This document shows, in pieces, positions 35,897 through 49,197 of a stretch of DNA of 64,000 bases. Within the stretch, counting starts at the first letter, position 1, and each line of letters opens with the position of its first letter. The stretch comes from Lama guanicoe (taxonomy: Eukaryota): positions 2,738,508 through 2,802,507 of the forward strand of contig MU053588.1 in NCBI GenBank assembly GCA_013239625.1. Direction: 5' to 3'. The translations under genes were made by a program, and so were the position numbers. The notes under the pieces were generated by a model, which saw nothing but the letters and a program-made list of their open reading frames with translations, ran no database searches and was not told where the DNA came from.

Positions 35897-38800
35897 GTGA
35901 GTGCTGGCAGCCTGTGGGAGAACCAAATGTTGGTCCTATCAGTTCAACCTGCAGACTTCTTTCTCATAATACCTCTGTCCATCGTCTGTCCCATGTCCAG
36001 CCACTCTCACCATACCTCTTTGTGTCTCTGACAGACTGGAATGTTTTCAGTCATTTTGTGCAAAATTCTGCCATTCTTCCCCTTCAGGTCTTTTGTGCAA
36101 AGCTGTCAGATGGCACCCTGAAGATGTTTGGGGCATCAAGTGTGCACAACCTTCCTCCATTCGTAGATAACAGAGAGACATTTTCTAAACAAACCCAGGA
36201 ATTTCTTATTTTTCTTTGCTATGGAATAGACTTTCTGCTCTTGAAGGCAGTGATGTTGACTCTTGCCTCACTTTGGCATCATCTCTTCCCAAAACTTCTC
36301 CCTTCCTTCATTTCACATTGGTTAAGTCAAGCTTCCTGCGTTGCCTTTTAAAAGGGCAGGGGAGGATGTAAAACAGAAAAAGATAGAGGGTACCTGACCT
36401 GCTGCTGCACTTCAGTCCCCAAGAGCAGTGACCAACACTCACAGTGCTGTGGAGTGTGGCTGTCAGCTCTGGACCAGATTCCCTAGACCCGGACCCAGTC
36501 CCTGCTCTTCCACTCACAGTCCTGGACAACTTACCCTCCCTGCATTTCAGTTCCTTCCAGATGAGAATCTTTGCATCTCCCTGAGAATTTCATGTAGGTC
36601 ACTAAGTTAACCCAGTAGAAGCACTTACAACAATGTCTGGCACATACCAAGTGCTCAGTAAGTACAACTTAACGCCGATATCACTAGGAGTTGTAGATGT
36701 TTGTAAAATGTGCCGTGAAGCCCTGAAAAGGAGTTACTTAAGTGGATCCTTCCTGTTGGTCTTCTTCTCTCTTCCTCATATTTGTACACATGTTCTCTTT
36801 TTTTCACCCCGTTTCCTTTTACCTCTTATTTTGAAATAATTTCAAACTTAAAAGCCATAAGAATTCTCACAGAGCCTTGTCCAAATTACAACATTTGCTT
36901 TACCATTTTCTCAAATGTATATTGATTTTTATTCGACCTGTTTGAGTACATTGCCCACTTTGTGTCTTCGTTCCTTAATACTTCGGCATGCATCTCTTAA
37001 GGATAAACCTCAGTACAGTTATCACATTTACCATTGGGTAATTCTGTTACCTGCTCCATAGTCCACATTTAAATTTTGTCGGCTGTCCCAACCATGTCCT
37101 TTAGAGCAGTTTGGTTTCTGGTTCAGAATCCAATCCAGCATCACATATCACATCCTCTTGTCATGTGTTTTTAGTCTGAAACTGTTTCTCAGTCTTCCTT
37201 TGTCTTTCACAACCTCATTATCTTTTTAATAAAAAGCATGTTTTCTTGAGCAAAAATTAAGCATGTTTTATTCTGCACACTGTTCTAAACCTTGATTTTC
37301 TTTTCCACTTAACAGTAAACCTCGGCTCTTTCCCTGTCCTCACAGATAATATAGATCCAGTTCAGTTTAAAGCATTGTTGAATAATTAATAAATTCCCAT
37401 GGTTTCCAAAAATATCAAGAAATACAGAAAGGTATGCAGTGTCTTCTTCAGATCTGTCCCCTCCACCCATGGTTCACATATATCCTCCCCTACATGTGAA
37501 CCTCTTGGTACTCAGAGTTTCTTTATCAAAATACAAGAAAGATGATTGTTATTTTTCTTCTTTTACACAGAAGGCAGCATATTACATATCTGTCATTCGC
37601 ATCTTTTTTTTTGCTTAAATATATATCTTAGAGATTTTAAAAAATATTGCTACCTAGAGGACTTGGTTCTTTTATATAGTCTGTAGTCATTGTGTGGATC
37701 TGCCATATTTATATAGTCAGTCCTCTATTAATGGACATTTGACTAATTTCTCACCTTTTTATTTAGTGGTTGCCTTATATTCTGATGCAGGTGTCAGTTT
37801 CCCCTGGTGTAATTTAGCCAGTCTTCTGTAGGTGGACCTGAAAGTCATCTGCTGGAAAAATCAATGCTACGATGACAGCTTATCTTTTTCCCACTTGCCA
37901 GAGTATCTTGGAGAGTCTTTTGGATCCCCACACATGGATCCTTTGTGTGATTTAGTTTCTCCTACTTCCCCATTGGAGCACATTTAGCAGTGCTGGAGTG
38001 AGCAACTTTCACATAATTTTTGCATTCTTGTGGGAATATAGGTGTAGTGTTTACTCCTGAAAGCATAACATCTGAGTCAAAGGTGTATTGTTAATTTTTG
38101 ACAGCTACTGTCAGACTGCACTTCAGAGAGGTAGTAGCAATAAAATGTGTTGTCAGAGCGTGACAGTGTTCCCCAGACTCTGCCCCATCCAAACGTGAAG
38201 TTATGTGAATTTTTGGCATTTGGAACTCCAGGCCTTGAGTCTTGCTTCAGCCAATTCACCTCTACTTCTATTTTTGAGATTCCATGTGCAATTTCCTTTG
38301 TTTAAAGGATGCCATAACTTTAAAAGTCTCAGAGTGAGGGGTTGCAGGAGATGTAAAAATCAGTGACCTGAAGGAACCAGTAGGGAGAACATTGGTGTCA
38401 GGTCTTGACTTCTCAACATTTACGAAACAGAAAGGACAAAACAGCCTTCCAGGTAGGGAAAACAGTATAACCCATTTCAGTAAACGTAAGGAGTGAAATA
38501 TTTGGAGCCCCGGGGAGAACACAAAGAGATATGAGAAGTGAGGCTACACAAATGGTGCGCTCTGAATGATGCTAGGCACCACTGGAGTGTATGGCACCTG
38601 GAGTATTTTAGCAGAAGTGACACAACAACACTTAACTTCTTCAACAGATGGCCCTGTCAGTGGTGGATTTGTCAGTTGAGGGTGCTGATTTATGTACAAC
38701 ATGGTAAGTTCCTGTAGTGAAGCCAATGGCCATAAGGAAAGTTAAACCTTGATGATGTTCATTTCCATATTAGAGGAAAGGTGACCTGGGCCACTCTTGC

Positions 38801-40302
38801 TCAGGTAAGAAGACAGGGCAGGGACCGTGCTGCTGCAGAAATCAAGAAAGGATTCAGTCCACAGATGTTTGCATGCCTGCTCTGCATGGTCTCAATTTGT
38901 GGGCGCTTACAGAGGAACAGATAGAAAGAACTGTGTAGAGCTGTACCGTGTGAGCACTGAGGAGGGTGGTGAGGAAGCTCCTTTAGGGAAGGGGCTTTCA
39001 CAGCTTCTCAAAGGGCGAGTCCCGAGCTGGTCTCCCTATGAAGAGGGAAGGAATACCGCATCTTGTAGTTTTTCTATCAGGAACCCAACCTTTGCTTCTG
39101 TTTGTTGTCTGATCCCAAGTTTTGAGTCTCCTTTAACTGTAAACCTTCACCCTGCGGCCAGAGTGATCTTTCTAAAACACAGTTTTGACCAGGCCACTCT
39201 CCAGTTTGAAACAAGTCAGGGGCTCTGCTCTGTTGCCGTCAGCACGAATCCAAACCCCTGAGGTGACAGAGAGCCCCTCACACACAGGGCAGGGGCCATG
39301 CCTCCTACCTTTACTTCAGCCGAGCACAGTGCCTGGCATCTTGGAGTGAGAGTGCCCATTCATTGTGTGCTCACAGTGTAGTAAATACACTAACCTGTTT
39401 AATCTTCAGAACAGCTCTATGCTGTGTAAATTCTTATCATGTTCCCTCTTTTTGATAAGGAAACTGAATAGGAAGTAATTGGTAGCACTGAAGCAGTCTG
39501 ACTTCTAAAACAATCTTAACCACTAAACTTCAGCTGCTCAGTAAAGACTGAATAAATTGTTGTGTTAATAACTATGGTCCCTGCCTGGCTCTCCAGCTGT
39601 ACCTGAAATTACTCCCCCCACCCCATTCTTTATGCTTCGACCAGTCTCACCCTATGTTGCCTCACTGCCAGATCTGTACAAAAACAATACTTCTATTTAG
39701 AACTCTCTCCTCCCGCACCAAACCTGGCTCATTTCCATTTATTGTTCAGTACTTGGCTTATGGGTTCCTCCTCAGATAATCTTGCTCCTGTGAGGTGCTC
39801 TTACTGAATTAGGACAGTGTCCCTGGTCTGATTCCCTACTAGGCCCTGAGCTCTGTCAGGCCCAGATCACTGTAGACATACACACCAGGAAGAACAGGAA
39901 CTGGGAACACGTCTTGAATGCATAAATGAATGCATTTATACGAGCTGAACTTGACTTCAAAGGCCCTGCTTTGGCTTTCTTTCCATCTGTTAATCTTGCT
40001 GGGATTGGGGGCAGACAGGATTGCTTTTGTCTTCCTCTCTATCTCAGACTAGGCACAAGACTGAAATACTTGGAGCTTCCTAAAATTATACACTTCACGT
40101 TGGCCAGCTTTTGGGTCTTGGGCAAGCTTTGGGCTACACATTTTCTGAGCTGTTCCATGGTGCTGCCCAACATATCTGTATGCTGGGGAGGGATACACTT
40201 AAATCTGGAAAGCTGGCTCTGTTTTCACTCCCTACATCTACTCTCTGACTTGTGCCTTAAGCTGAGCATTAGTAGTTACCTTCCTTTGGCTTTCTCTCCT
40301 AG

Positions 40303-40569
40303 GACTTTGAATGTGGAAATGACGTGGAACTTTCCTTCACCAAAAATGGGAAGTGGATGGGCATTGCTTTCCGAATCCAGAAGGAAGCCTTGGGCGGTCA
40401 GGCCCTCTACCCTCATGTCCTGGTGAAGAATTGTGCAGTGGAATTCAATTTTGGGCAGAGGGCGGAGCCCTACTGTTCTGTCCTCCCAGGCTTCACCTTC
40501 ATCCAGCACCTTCCCCTGAGCGAGCGAATCCGGGGCACCGTTGGACCAAAGAGCAAGGCAGAGTGTGAG
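40303..40569 (+). CDS. HNRNPUL1: HNRNPUL1 exon 8, 267 nt
   Basis: cctag|GACTTT...GAG|gtgag; [23 protein letters not shown]...VEFNFGQ...[12 protein letters not shown]. Confidence 0.96.
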
Positions 40570-41297
40570 GTGAGTGGACCTGGAAGCCTGAATTGGTGGC
40601 CTCCTCTCCAGAACCATGTTGCTGCCAAGACTGAGGGGAGACATTGGGCAGCCAGGTGTGGTGAAAACAGCACAGCCTTGCTGCATGGGTAACCTTTGCG
40701 GGGGAAGGGCCTCTTCCCGGCTCCTCTGTGCTGGGCTTGGAGTTGAAAGCTGCTGTGAGAGTGAGGTGAGAGTTGTGGGTGTGTGGCTTACGCCAAAGAG
40801 GGAGGGGCTAAGGTAAGAGACCTAAATCTTGGAAAGATTCCAAAAGGAAGTTGCCACATTGCTCCTTGGGTGAGGTCAGAATCTTGGAAAAGAAGGCTTT
40901 CTTTCCAGCTGAAAAGGGTGCAAAGGCACTTCCTGGTGGGCGAGTTCTTGGAGGAGATGTGTAGCTCCACACTCCCAGCCAGGGCTGTCTGAGAACAAGA
41001 ATGGCAGCTGGGCGTGGAACTGATTTGGCTGCAGAAGCTGTACTAGTGGTCTTTGTTCTGAAATATTTTTTCTGATACATGAATGATTTTTTGTTTATTC
41101 TAGAAAATTAAGAAATATAAAGAAATGAAAGTTTCCCATAATTTCATCATCCACAAAGAAGTTTCCTTTGAAAGTTTTGGAGTTTGTTTGCTGTGCTAGG
41201 TGCTTGTTATACACACACACATTTGTAATTGAGATCTCATGATACATGTGTTTTGATATCCTGCCCTTTTCACTTAATGTTGTTTTATGAGAGCACC

Positions 41298-41445
41298 GTT
41301 TTATTTTGTTTGGAGTTTTTTGGTAGAGGGAGGTAATTAGGTTTATTTATTTATGTATGTATTTAATGGAGGTGCTGGGATTGAACCCAGGACTTTGTGC
41401 ATGCTAAGCATGTATTCTAACCACTGAACTATACCCACCCACCCC
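41298..41445 (-). mobile_element. tRNA-Ala-derived SINE (Vic-1-like)
   Basis: gaggtaattaggtttatttattt...ggaggtgctgggattgaacccaggactttgtgcatgctaagcatgtattctaaccactgaactataccc. Confidence 0.8.
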
Positions 41446-41930
41446 ACCTCCCAACATCTTTTTTAAAACTCATTCTTAGTAGCCTCACATACCATTTTCC
41501 TATTGTTGGCATTTAGGTTGCATCCAGTGTTTGCCAAGTTCTAAACATAATGATTAAATATGATGTATGTCCTTGTGTGTACAGTCGTCCCCATCTGAGA
41601 CTCCGGGAAGGTTCTACCACTCCTTGTGCCTGTTCCCTGGACCCTTCCCTGTCAGAGGCCACTGAATCTTGTCTGAACAAAAATGTAAATACTCATAATA
41701 ACAGCACTTGATTGTGTGCTCATTTCATGCCAGGCCCTCTGCTGAGAGTCTGACAACCCTCATCTCTGAATTCCAACAGCAGTGCTTTGAGGTAGATGCT
41801 TTCTACTTCCCAGAGGTGACCTGAGATTTAGAGTCACCCTCACGGTCACAGGCAAGTCAGAGTGGTGCCAGGCTGCCATGCTTCACACTGTTCTTGCTTC
41901 AAAGTGTCCCTCCTGGTCCTGTTCTTATAG

Positions 41931-42053
41931 ATTCTGATGATGGTGGGCCTGCCCGCTGCTGGTAAAACCACATGGGCCATCAAACATGCAGCCTCCAACC
42001 CTTCCAAGAAGTACAACATCCTGGGTACCAATGCCATCATGGATAAGATGCGG
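41931..42053 (+). CDS. HNRNPUL1: HNRNPUL1 exon 9 (Walker A), 123 nt
   Basis: tatag|ATTCTG...CGG|gtaag; [41 protein letters not shown]. Confidence 0.96.
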
Positions 42054-42145
42054 GTAAGTACGCCCCTGGTCTTTATTTACCTCCCATTCCCTGAGTACTG
42101 CTCAGCAAACAGCACTACCCACCCCTCACCACCCTCTGTCCACAG

Positions 42146-42274
42146 GTGATGGGCCTGCGCCGGCAGCGGAACTATGCCGGCCGCTGGGATGTCCTGATCC
42201 AGCAGGCCACCCAGTGCCTCAACCGCCTCATCCAGATCGCTGCCCGCAAGAAACGCAACTATATCCTAGATCAG
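42146..42274 (+). CDS. HNRNPUL1: HNRNPUL1 exon 10, 129 nt
   Basis: cacag|GTGATG...CAG|gtact; [43 protein letters not shown]. Confidence 0.96.
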
Positions 42275-43171
42275 GTACTTACTGGTGACCATCATGCCCC
42301 AGGAGAGGAGAGGGTACCCGGGAATCCCCCTCTGTCCTTGTATTTTTTCTCCCATAATGCTCTTGGACTGCAGTGCTGATCAGAGGTCAGCCACATGTGA
42401 TGGCGCAGTTCCAGATGCTTAACACAGCTCTGTGAGTCCAGTCTGTGAGGGGGGGTCTAGGGCAGTGATCCAGGTGTAGCTCAGGCCCTGAGCAGTGCAG
42501 AAGAACATCATCAGGTGAGAGCAATTTAGTGAAATGGAATGATACGGATTTCTGAGCTGAACAGACCTCGGCTTGAATCCCAGCTCTGCCACTTCCTAGC
42601 TGCATGCCTGTGGGCAGCTAGCTGACTTCATCCTCTGACTCTAAGCCTCCTAATCCTTAAAATGGCAATCAAAATAGTGCCCAAAATGTTACTTATTAAC
42701 ATGTGGACAGGCACATAGAAGCTAGAGTTTGTTGTTAGTTATTCTACAGAATAGGTGTGTCTCAGCTTCTCTGAGCATGTTTTTATGACTCAGGTACATG
42801 TGTAAGTCATGTATTTTCTACCACATTTCAATTAAAAGCAGGGTTCTTAACATCAGACAATTTGGGAACCTTCAAAATTAAACACAGAATTTTGTATGCA
42901 GATGCAGGTATGTCCTTTTTTTAGCTAGAAACTTTTGAGTTAGGGTAGGAAGATTGTGCGTGGCTTTCAGCAGTCTCAAAAATATGGGTGACCCGAACAT
43001 GGTTAAAGATCCCTGTCTCAGAGTAATGTTTTCCTCGTATTTACCACCTGTGAGATATCCTTGACATTTGTCCTGAAGGGTTTTTCAAGTGGTAAATTCT
43101 GTATTTAGGGATGTGCAAACGAGTCTCTGTTCCCCTAAGCCTTGGATTTGTGCTTTCTTAAAAACCTGTTT

Positions 43172-43300
43172 GCGGGAGAGTGTAGCTCAGCGGTAGAGCA
43201 CATGCCTAGCGTGCATGAGGTCCTGAATTCAGTCCCCAGCACCTCCATTAAAAATAAATAGATAAGCCTAATTACCTCTCCCCAGAAAACAAAAACAAAA
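43172..43300 (+). mobile_element. tRNA-Ala-derived SINE (Vic-1-like) with target-site duplication AAAAACCTGT
   Basis: gggagagtgtagctcagcggtagagcacatgcctagcgtgcatgaggtcctgaattcagtcccc; aaaaacctgt at 43160-43169 and 43299-43308. Confidence 0.85.
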
Positions 43301-43499
43301 AAACCTGTGAGTGTGCAAATACATAAACTAAGCAGCACACCCAACGTGGCAGCCTTACTGGGATGCTTTCCATACATGTAACCCTGAGTGCTTGGTTACC
43401 ATGAGTTCAAAGGGCTTTTGAGCTGGTGATGATAGTTGGCTGACCAGAAAGGTGGTTAGAAACTTCAGGGGATCAAGGTGTTTTGCTTAGATTTGAGCA

Positions 43500-43662
43500 G
43501 CTTATACAAAACATTTAAACAGGAGCTTCTGGATTGGTAAACAAGTGGAGATTTGGGAAAGGTGGTGCTCTCAGCATGGGAGCTCCCTGCCCCTTCCCAT
43601 TTTCCTTGCCTTTTGCATCTGTTCCATCTGGCTATTCCTGCATTATATCTTTTTATAATATA
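43500..43662 (+). mobile_element. MER21-like ERV LTR fragment
   Basis: gagcttctggattggtaaacaagtggagatttgggaaaggtgg...catctgttccatctggctattcctgcattatatctttttataata resembles the MER21 LTR as I recall it. Confidence 0.5.
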
Positions 43663-46600
43663 CCACCATTTACAGTTGAAAAATGATGCCTCAATAGCCA
43701 ACATTTGAAAGGAGCACATAGTAAGAACTTACTTTTAAAAAGAAAAAGGGCTACTGGCTGGTAATAGTTCATCATGATAGACAAATTAGATGATCTCACC
43801 AAATAGGTATTGAGAGTGAAAATCTGGTTTGCTGATGAAAACTGAAAGTTGGCAAAGGCTGTGCAACACCACTGGCACCCTTCTGTGATGGGGGAGATGT
43901 GAGATTTACTCTGCTTTTCAGGAAGGTAGACATGAAAAGGTGTACTTTATCCGGTGACCAATGCTGCAAACCATGGAACTGAGCCTGAAGACTCATGTTT
44001 GTGAATAAGACAGGACATGATTCCATAATACTAAATTTTGATAAAAACAAAGTAATTGGGCTAATGTCTAGAATATAGTTACAGTGGGGGAAACGTTGAG
44101 CATGGGATAGTCCAAGAGCCACCCAGGGTTACTGCCCCAGCTCAGCCCCGTAAGTAATGCATACAGACAGCTTCTTCCCCTTGGAAGACTTTGTCTTTTG
44201 TTTGTTTGTTAACCATGGCCTCAACTTTGCCCCATTTTTCTTGTCAAGGCATTTTAGAATTTTGGCCTCAAAGGGACTCAGGGTCCTGAAAGGTCGAGCA
44301 GTGGTGTTTTAATACCCTGAGAATCCCTTTTTTGGATACCCCAGCAAATATTCCCTGCTTGTCTTTTTCTTAGTTTGCTGGTTAAATCATCTATGAAACC
44401 CATTTCAGATACGTGGTCCAGTAAAGAAGGTTTATAGTCCAAGGAGTAGATCATCTTAACATCTCTGTCCAGCATTTCTCTGGAGGTCAGGCCCCCAGCA
44501 CCTCAACCAGGCATAGAACAGCTGACACTGTAAATATTCACTGTTGGCCCTCTTGGCTTGTGCTGGCTTGCTCAGGGACAGCGTCCTGGGCTGCCCTAGG
44601 TGAACCTGTGGTCTTCAGGGCTCCTGATGGAGGAGCATGCAGGTCAGGCCAAGTGCTCTAAGCCAACAGCGAGGCAAAAGAACCTAAACTCTGAAGGTGG
44701 AAGAGGATGATTCTCTGGTTAACCACAGATGGGGGCCTGAAACTAGAGGTTATTGAGGCCTAGGAAGAGGTCTAAAGCCACTGGTTTTGACCTGTTTTGG
44801 CTTACACCCCAAAAGTGTGATCCAGAAAACCCTCGGTGGATGTGTAGAAGATTCAGACCAAGCCCTAGGCCAGATCCTGGCATTTCCCACCCCACCAGCC
44901 TTGGCAGTGAGGGCCAGGTCGATGCAGAGCTGTCTCCTGAGTTAGATGGAACTTCCCAGAGAAGAGACTGGTACTACAGGTAAAATCCCTGCAGTCCCTG
45001 GATCTCAGCCCAGAGCTGTTTTTCCCAAGTGCTCAGACCTCCCTGTATTTGGCTCTTCTGGGTCTCCTATGACATAGTTAGACCTCAGAAATGCCATCCT
45101 CGAGAGGGAAGGAGAATGTGCCTGCAGAAGCCAGGCTACTCTTGAGTGAGCCTGGATTCTGCCTTTGTCTGGCCAGGACCCCAGCCCTTACCCTAGGATG
45201 TGTCTCACTGGGCACAAGCTTTCATGTGTGTTGGACCTTTTAAGTACATTCCATGATGGACCAGAGTATTCTCTTCAGATCTTCTGGGTATTAGAGCTGT
45301 GGAACACTCAAAGAGAATAAGGGAGAAGGCCATATTGCTTCAAGTGGCTCTTTGGGGTCCTCTGTTGCCCATGGAAAACCTCTGGAATGAGATGCTGGCT
45401 GGCCTTTCCCTAGCTTACCAAGGTGCCTTGAGCCTGGGTGCAGAGCAGGAGCTGATCCTGTGTGAGGCAGCAAAGTTGCCCTCCTGGAAGCTTCTGAGAA
45501 GGCCTCTGCAGGGCCACATTTGAGGGCCAAAACCACCCCCAGAGCTGAGGTCTGCAAGCTAGGCATTCTCTTAGGATTGCAACAGCCCACAGCCAGGCCA
45601 GGCAGTGATCAGAGGCAGGGCTGGATGAGACAGCATTGCTAACCTCGCCTTAACCCTCAGAATGTACTGTTGTGGTTCTGCTTTGCATCCCTGTTGGCAG
45701 GTGCCATGCCTTTGCCTGAAACAGAAACCCAGGGCTAACAGTGGAGGCCTAAAAGTAAATTACCTCTTGTTGACAAGCATTGGAGAAGATGTTTCTTTCC
45801 TCCACCCTCCCCAGAGCCTCAGCCCATTCCTTTGTTGACACTGGCCAGTTCTCTCCCCACACACGTGGTTTGTTCCACTGGGTTTAGCTCACTCAGCCCA
45901 GAGTGGACTCTTGTCACCAGCTTTAAGGTTGCTCCTCTGGGATCCTGGCAGGTTTTTCCCACTGCGAGCCTGACCCTGTTGAATTGCAGACGGGGGACAA
46001 GTGAGAATGGACAGGGGACAGTGGGACTCTTACAGAACTCACGCTGTGAGCAGCCTGCTCTGTTCCTCACTTCCCCAGACTGTTACATACCAAAACTACC
46101 CCATGTAGCTGCTCTGAGAAACCCAATTCCTATCAACTATATTTCAGTTTAAAAAATAAGATGTTGTAAAATAAATACATAAAATAAAACTAGCCCAGGC
46201 TTCCTACCCAAAAAACTCCAAAACTCAATTCCTGCCCTTTGGCCCACATCACAGGGGAATGGGAGTAGCCTGGAGGCTAGGGAACACAGACAGCCCCAGA
46301 CCTCCTTAGAGTCAGCATCTTCAAGCAGGGTGGGACTGGAAGAAGCAGGAGCTACGCAGAGGGAGCCCACACAGCTGGAAAAGCTGACCTAGCTGTTGTG
46401 CTGGTCTCCTAGCAACAGCCACCAGCAGCCCCCAGTGACCACAGCGGTGTTGGGCCAGCCCAGGGGCTCTGACCTCACTGTTTGCTGTGGCAACAGCCAC
46501 TGACAGCTAACTCCCTTCCTCCAGGAAAGCCAAGTATTTGCATTTCTGCTGTCGTGGCTTAGGTGCTCTTCTTCCCTTCCTGAAGCCAAGGAGTGAGGGA

Positions 46601-47552
46601 AAGGAGGTGCAGTCTTAAAAACTGTCACCAAGAGGATTCTCAGCACCTTAGTTCCAAAGTGTCTGAGGAGCCATCCCTTCAACTTTGAGTCTAGCCACTT
46701 CCCAGGACAGGGGCCAGCAGTTTATGAGTTCAGGCTGCTCTGCCCCCATTCCTCCCATTATGAAGCTGCAGGGACTAGCCCACTTGGCAGTGTTGCTTTT
46801 CTTCTTTGTCCCCTCATCAGTACATTGACAGGACAGGTCTTCCCCCAGAGAAAGCCTCCAGGAGGTGTTTATCCATGTCCTCAGGATTCAAAGGAATCAA
46901 AATAGGATCACATCTTACGGGCAAGCAAAGAGTGGGATGGGTTGTCCACAGAATGGCTGGGGCCACATCCACCCACTCTGGCTTTTGTGCCAGGAAAAAA
47001 AAAAACTCATTTTCTAGCTGGAGGTAGCCAAATTCTATCTTCCTATGGCCAGATGCCACTTGCTATGCTTTTAGGAATGGAGTCTAAGAAGAGCAGTGGG
47101 GAGAGGGCTTAACTTTTCCTTTGTAACCTGATGTGCTTTTTAACCATTTGTGGCTCAAGACCTCTCCTTGGGCCAGTGCTCTAGGCACAGATTACAGCAT
47201 GTGTATGCCCACCACACACCCTCATCGCCCCCTGCCCCCTTAACAAAGTTGGGACATTTTCCCTGGGGAACAGGGAAGAGCATCTTCGCCTGCTCTGTGT
47301 GTCAGGGCCTCTAGGTCTGGTTGGTATAGAGAATAGCTACACCCTCAGCCCAGATCTCCCAGCAGGCTGCACTGGGGCCCCTGGCCTCTGGCCGACCCAC
47401 AGTCCAGCTTCCTGTTCCTTGTGTCTTGGAAGAGGCTCTCTTGTGCCTCATCTTTTCCTCAAATGTAACTTTCCTTGGTCCTTTCCATTGGGAAGCCTTT
47501 CCTAAGACAGTGTCAGTTCTGTTGGCCATATTTTCAGACTTCTTTCCCGCCA

Positions 47553-47800
47553 GATTTTTTTTTTCTTTTAAACGGAAGTACTGGGGATTGAACCCACCTT
47601 ATGCATGCTAAGCACGCATTCTACCACTGAGCCACACGTTCTCCCCTTAAAATGGAACATGTAGTCTTTTGGGGGGTAGGGGAAGGGAGAGGTATTAGGT
47701 TTATTTATTTATTTATTCCTTGTTGGAGGTACTGGGAGGTACCCGGGATGTCGTGCATGCTAAGCAGGCACTCTACTACTGAGCTGTACCCTCCCCCCAC
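47553..47800 (-). mobile_element. Two tandem antisense tRNA-Ala-derived SINEs
   Basis: gtactggggattgaacccaccttatgcatgctaagcacgcattctaccactgagc and tcgtgcatgctaagcaggcactctactactgagctgtaccctccccc. Confidence 0.8.
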
Positions 47801-48134
47801 CAGACATTTTTACATCTCCAGGTCCTCACCAGAGCCAGGAGGAAGGTGATATGATCCCTGCCTTTCAGATGGAAAAATCTGAGACTTAGACGAGTAGTAG
47901 CAATGCCCAGCCATTTGGAATCCCTTGTCCTGTGACTGTCAGCAGCCACTTTCCCAAGTCAGTTCACTTTGTGAGGGTGGACTCAAGAATCTTAAAAGTG
48001 AAGAAGAGCAGTTTCCTGAGCTTCCCTGCTTAGGAGAACTAGTATCCTTTTCTCAGTCCCTGGCCTACATAACATCCCACAGAGGGAAAAACCAACTTGT
48101 ACCATTTCTTGCCTCTTCTATTACCTACTCCTAG

Positions 48135-48303
48135 ACAAATGTTTATGGGTCAGCCCAGAGACGAAAAATGAGACCATTTGAAGGCTTCCAGCGCAAAGCT
48201 ATTGTAATTTGTCCCACTGATGAGGACCTAAAAGACCGAACAATAAAGCGAACTGATGAAGAAGGAAAGGATGTCCCAGATCACGCGGTCTTAGAAATGA
48301 AAG
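48135..48303 (+). CDS. HNRNPUL1: HNRNPUL1 exon 11, 169 nt
   Basis: cctag|ACAAAT...AAAG|gtagg; [56 protein letters not shown]. Confidence 0.96.
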
Positions 48304-48912
48304 GTAGGAGATGAATGATTCCCAGAGGGACATCGCAACAGGGTCCTTAAGGGAAAAGGTACCTTACACGGTTTTCCCTCTCCAGCCCCTTAATTTTTTT
48401 GATCTTGTTCTTTCTTTCTTTGCTTCTGCTTTGTCCCTTCCCTGTCTTGTACAGCTGTAAATGGAAAAGCTGCCTGAATCTCTTCTGTGGCAGGATTTTC
48501 AGACTAGATGGGCCTAGGGCCGGGGGAGGGAGATGTGTGGGAGCACATGCTGAGAGACGGGCACAGGCATCTGCCTCTGGCACCCACTGGGTGGGCTGAC
48601 TGAGGAAACCTCAGTTTGTGCCTCGGTTAAAACAAGGATGGTGACTGAACCTGTCTGGCCTGCTCCCTGCATTATAAAACATTGGTTTGGTGGGGCTTAG
48701 CCACCTCTTCAGGAAAGGGAGAAGAGGGTCTTTGTAAGCCCCTGACCATTGTCAAAGAGGCTGAGCTTGGGACCCTGTCTTGCTGCTGTTGCTCATGTGG
48801 CAGTCCCCTCCTTCCTTCTGGCAGGGCAGTGTCCTGGGGATAAAGGAGACCAGACCTCAGAAGGTACTGACCGCCTCTCCTTTTTCCCTCTGGGGCCCTC
48901 TCTGCCTCCTAG

Positions 48913-49197
48913 CCAACTTCACATTGCCAGATGTTGGGGACTTTCTGGACGAGGTGCTGTTCATTGAGCTGCAGAGGGAGGAAGCAGACAAGCTGGTGAG
49001 GCAGTACAATGAAGAAGGCCGCAAGGCTGGTCCACCCCCTGAAAAGCGCTTTGACAACCGAGGCGGTGGTGGCTTCCGGGGCCGTGGGGGTGGCGGCGGT
49101 TTCCAGCGATATGACAGCCGAGGTCCCCCCGGAGGCAACCGAGGAGGCTTCCAAAACCGAGGAGGAGGCAGCGGTGGAGGAGGCAACTACCGAGGAG
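48913..49197 (+). CDS. HNRNPUL1: HNRNPUL1 exon 12 (RGG box), 285 nt
   Basis: cctag|CCAAC...GGAG|gtgag; [28 protein letters not shown]...[16 protein letters not shown]...NYRG. Confidence 0.96.
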
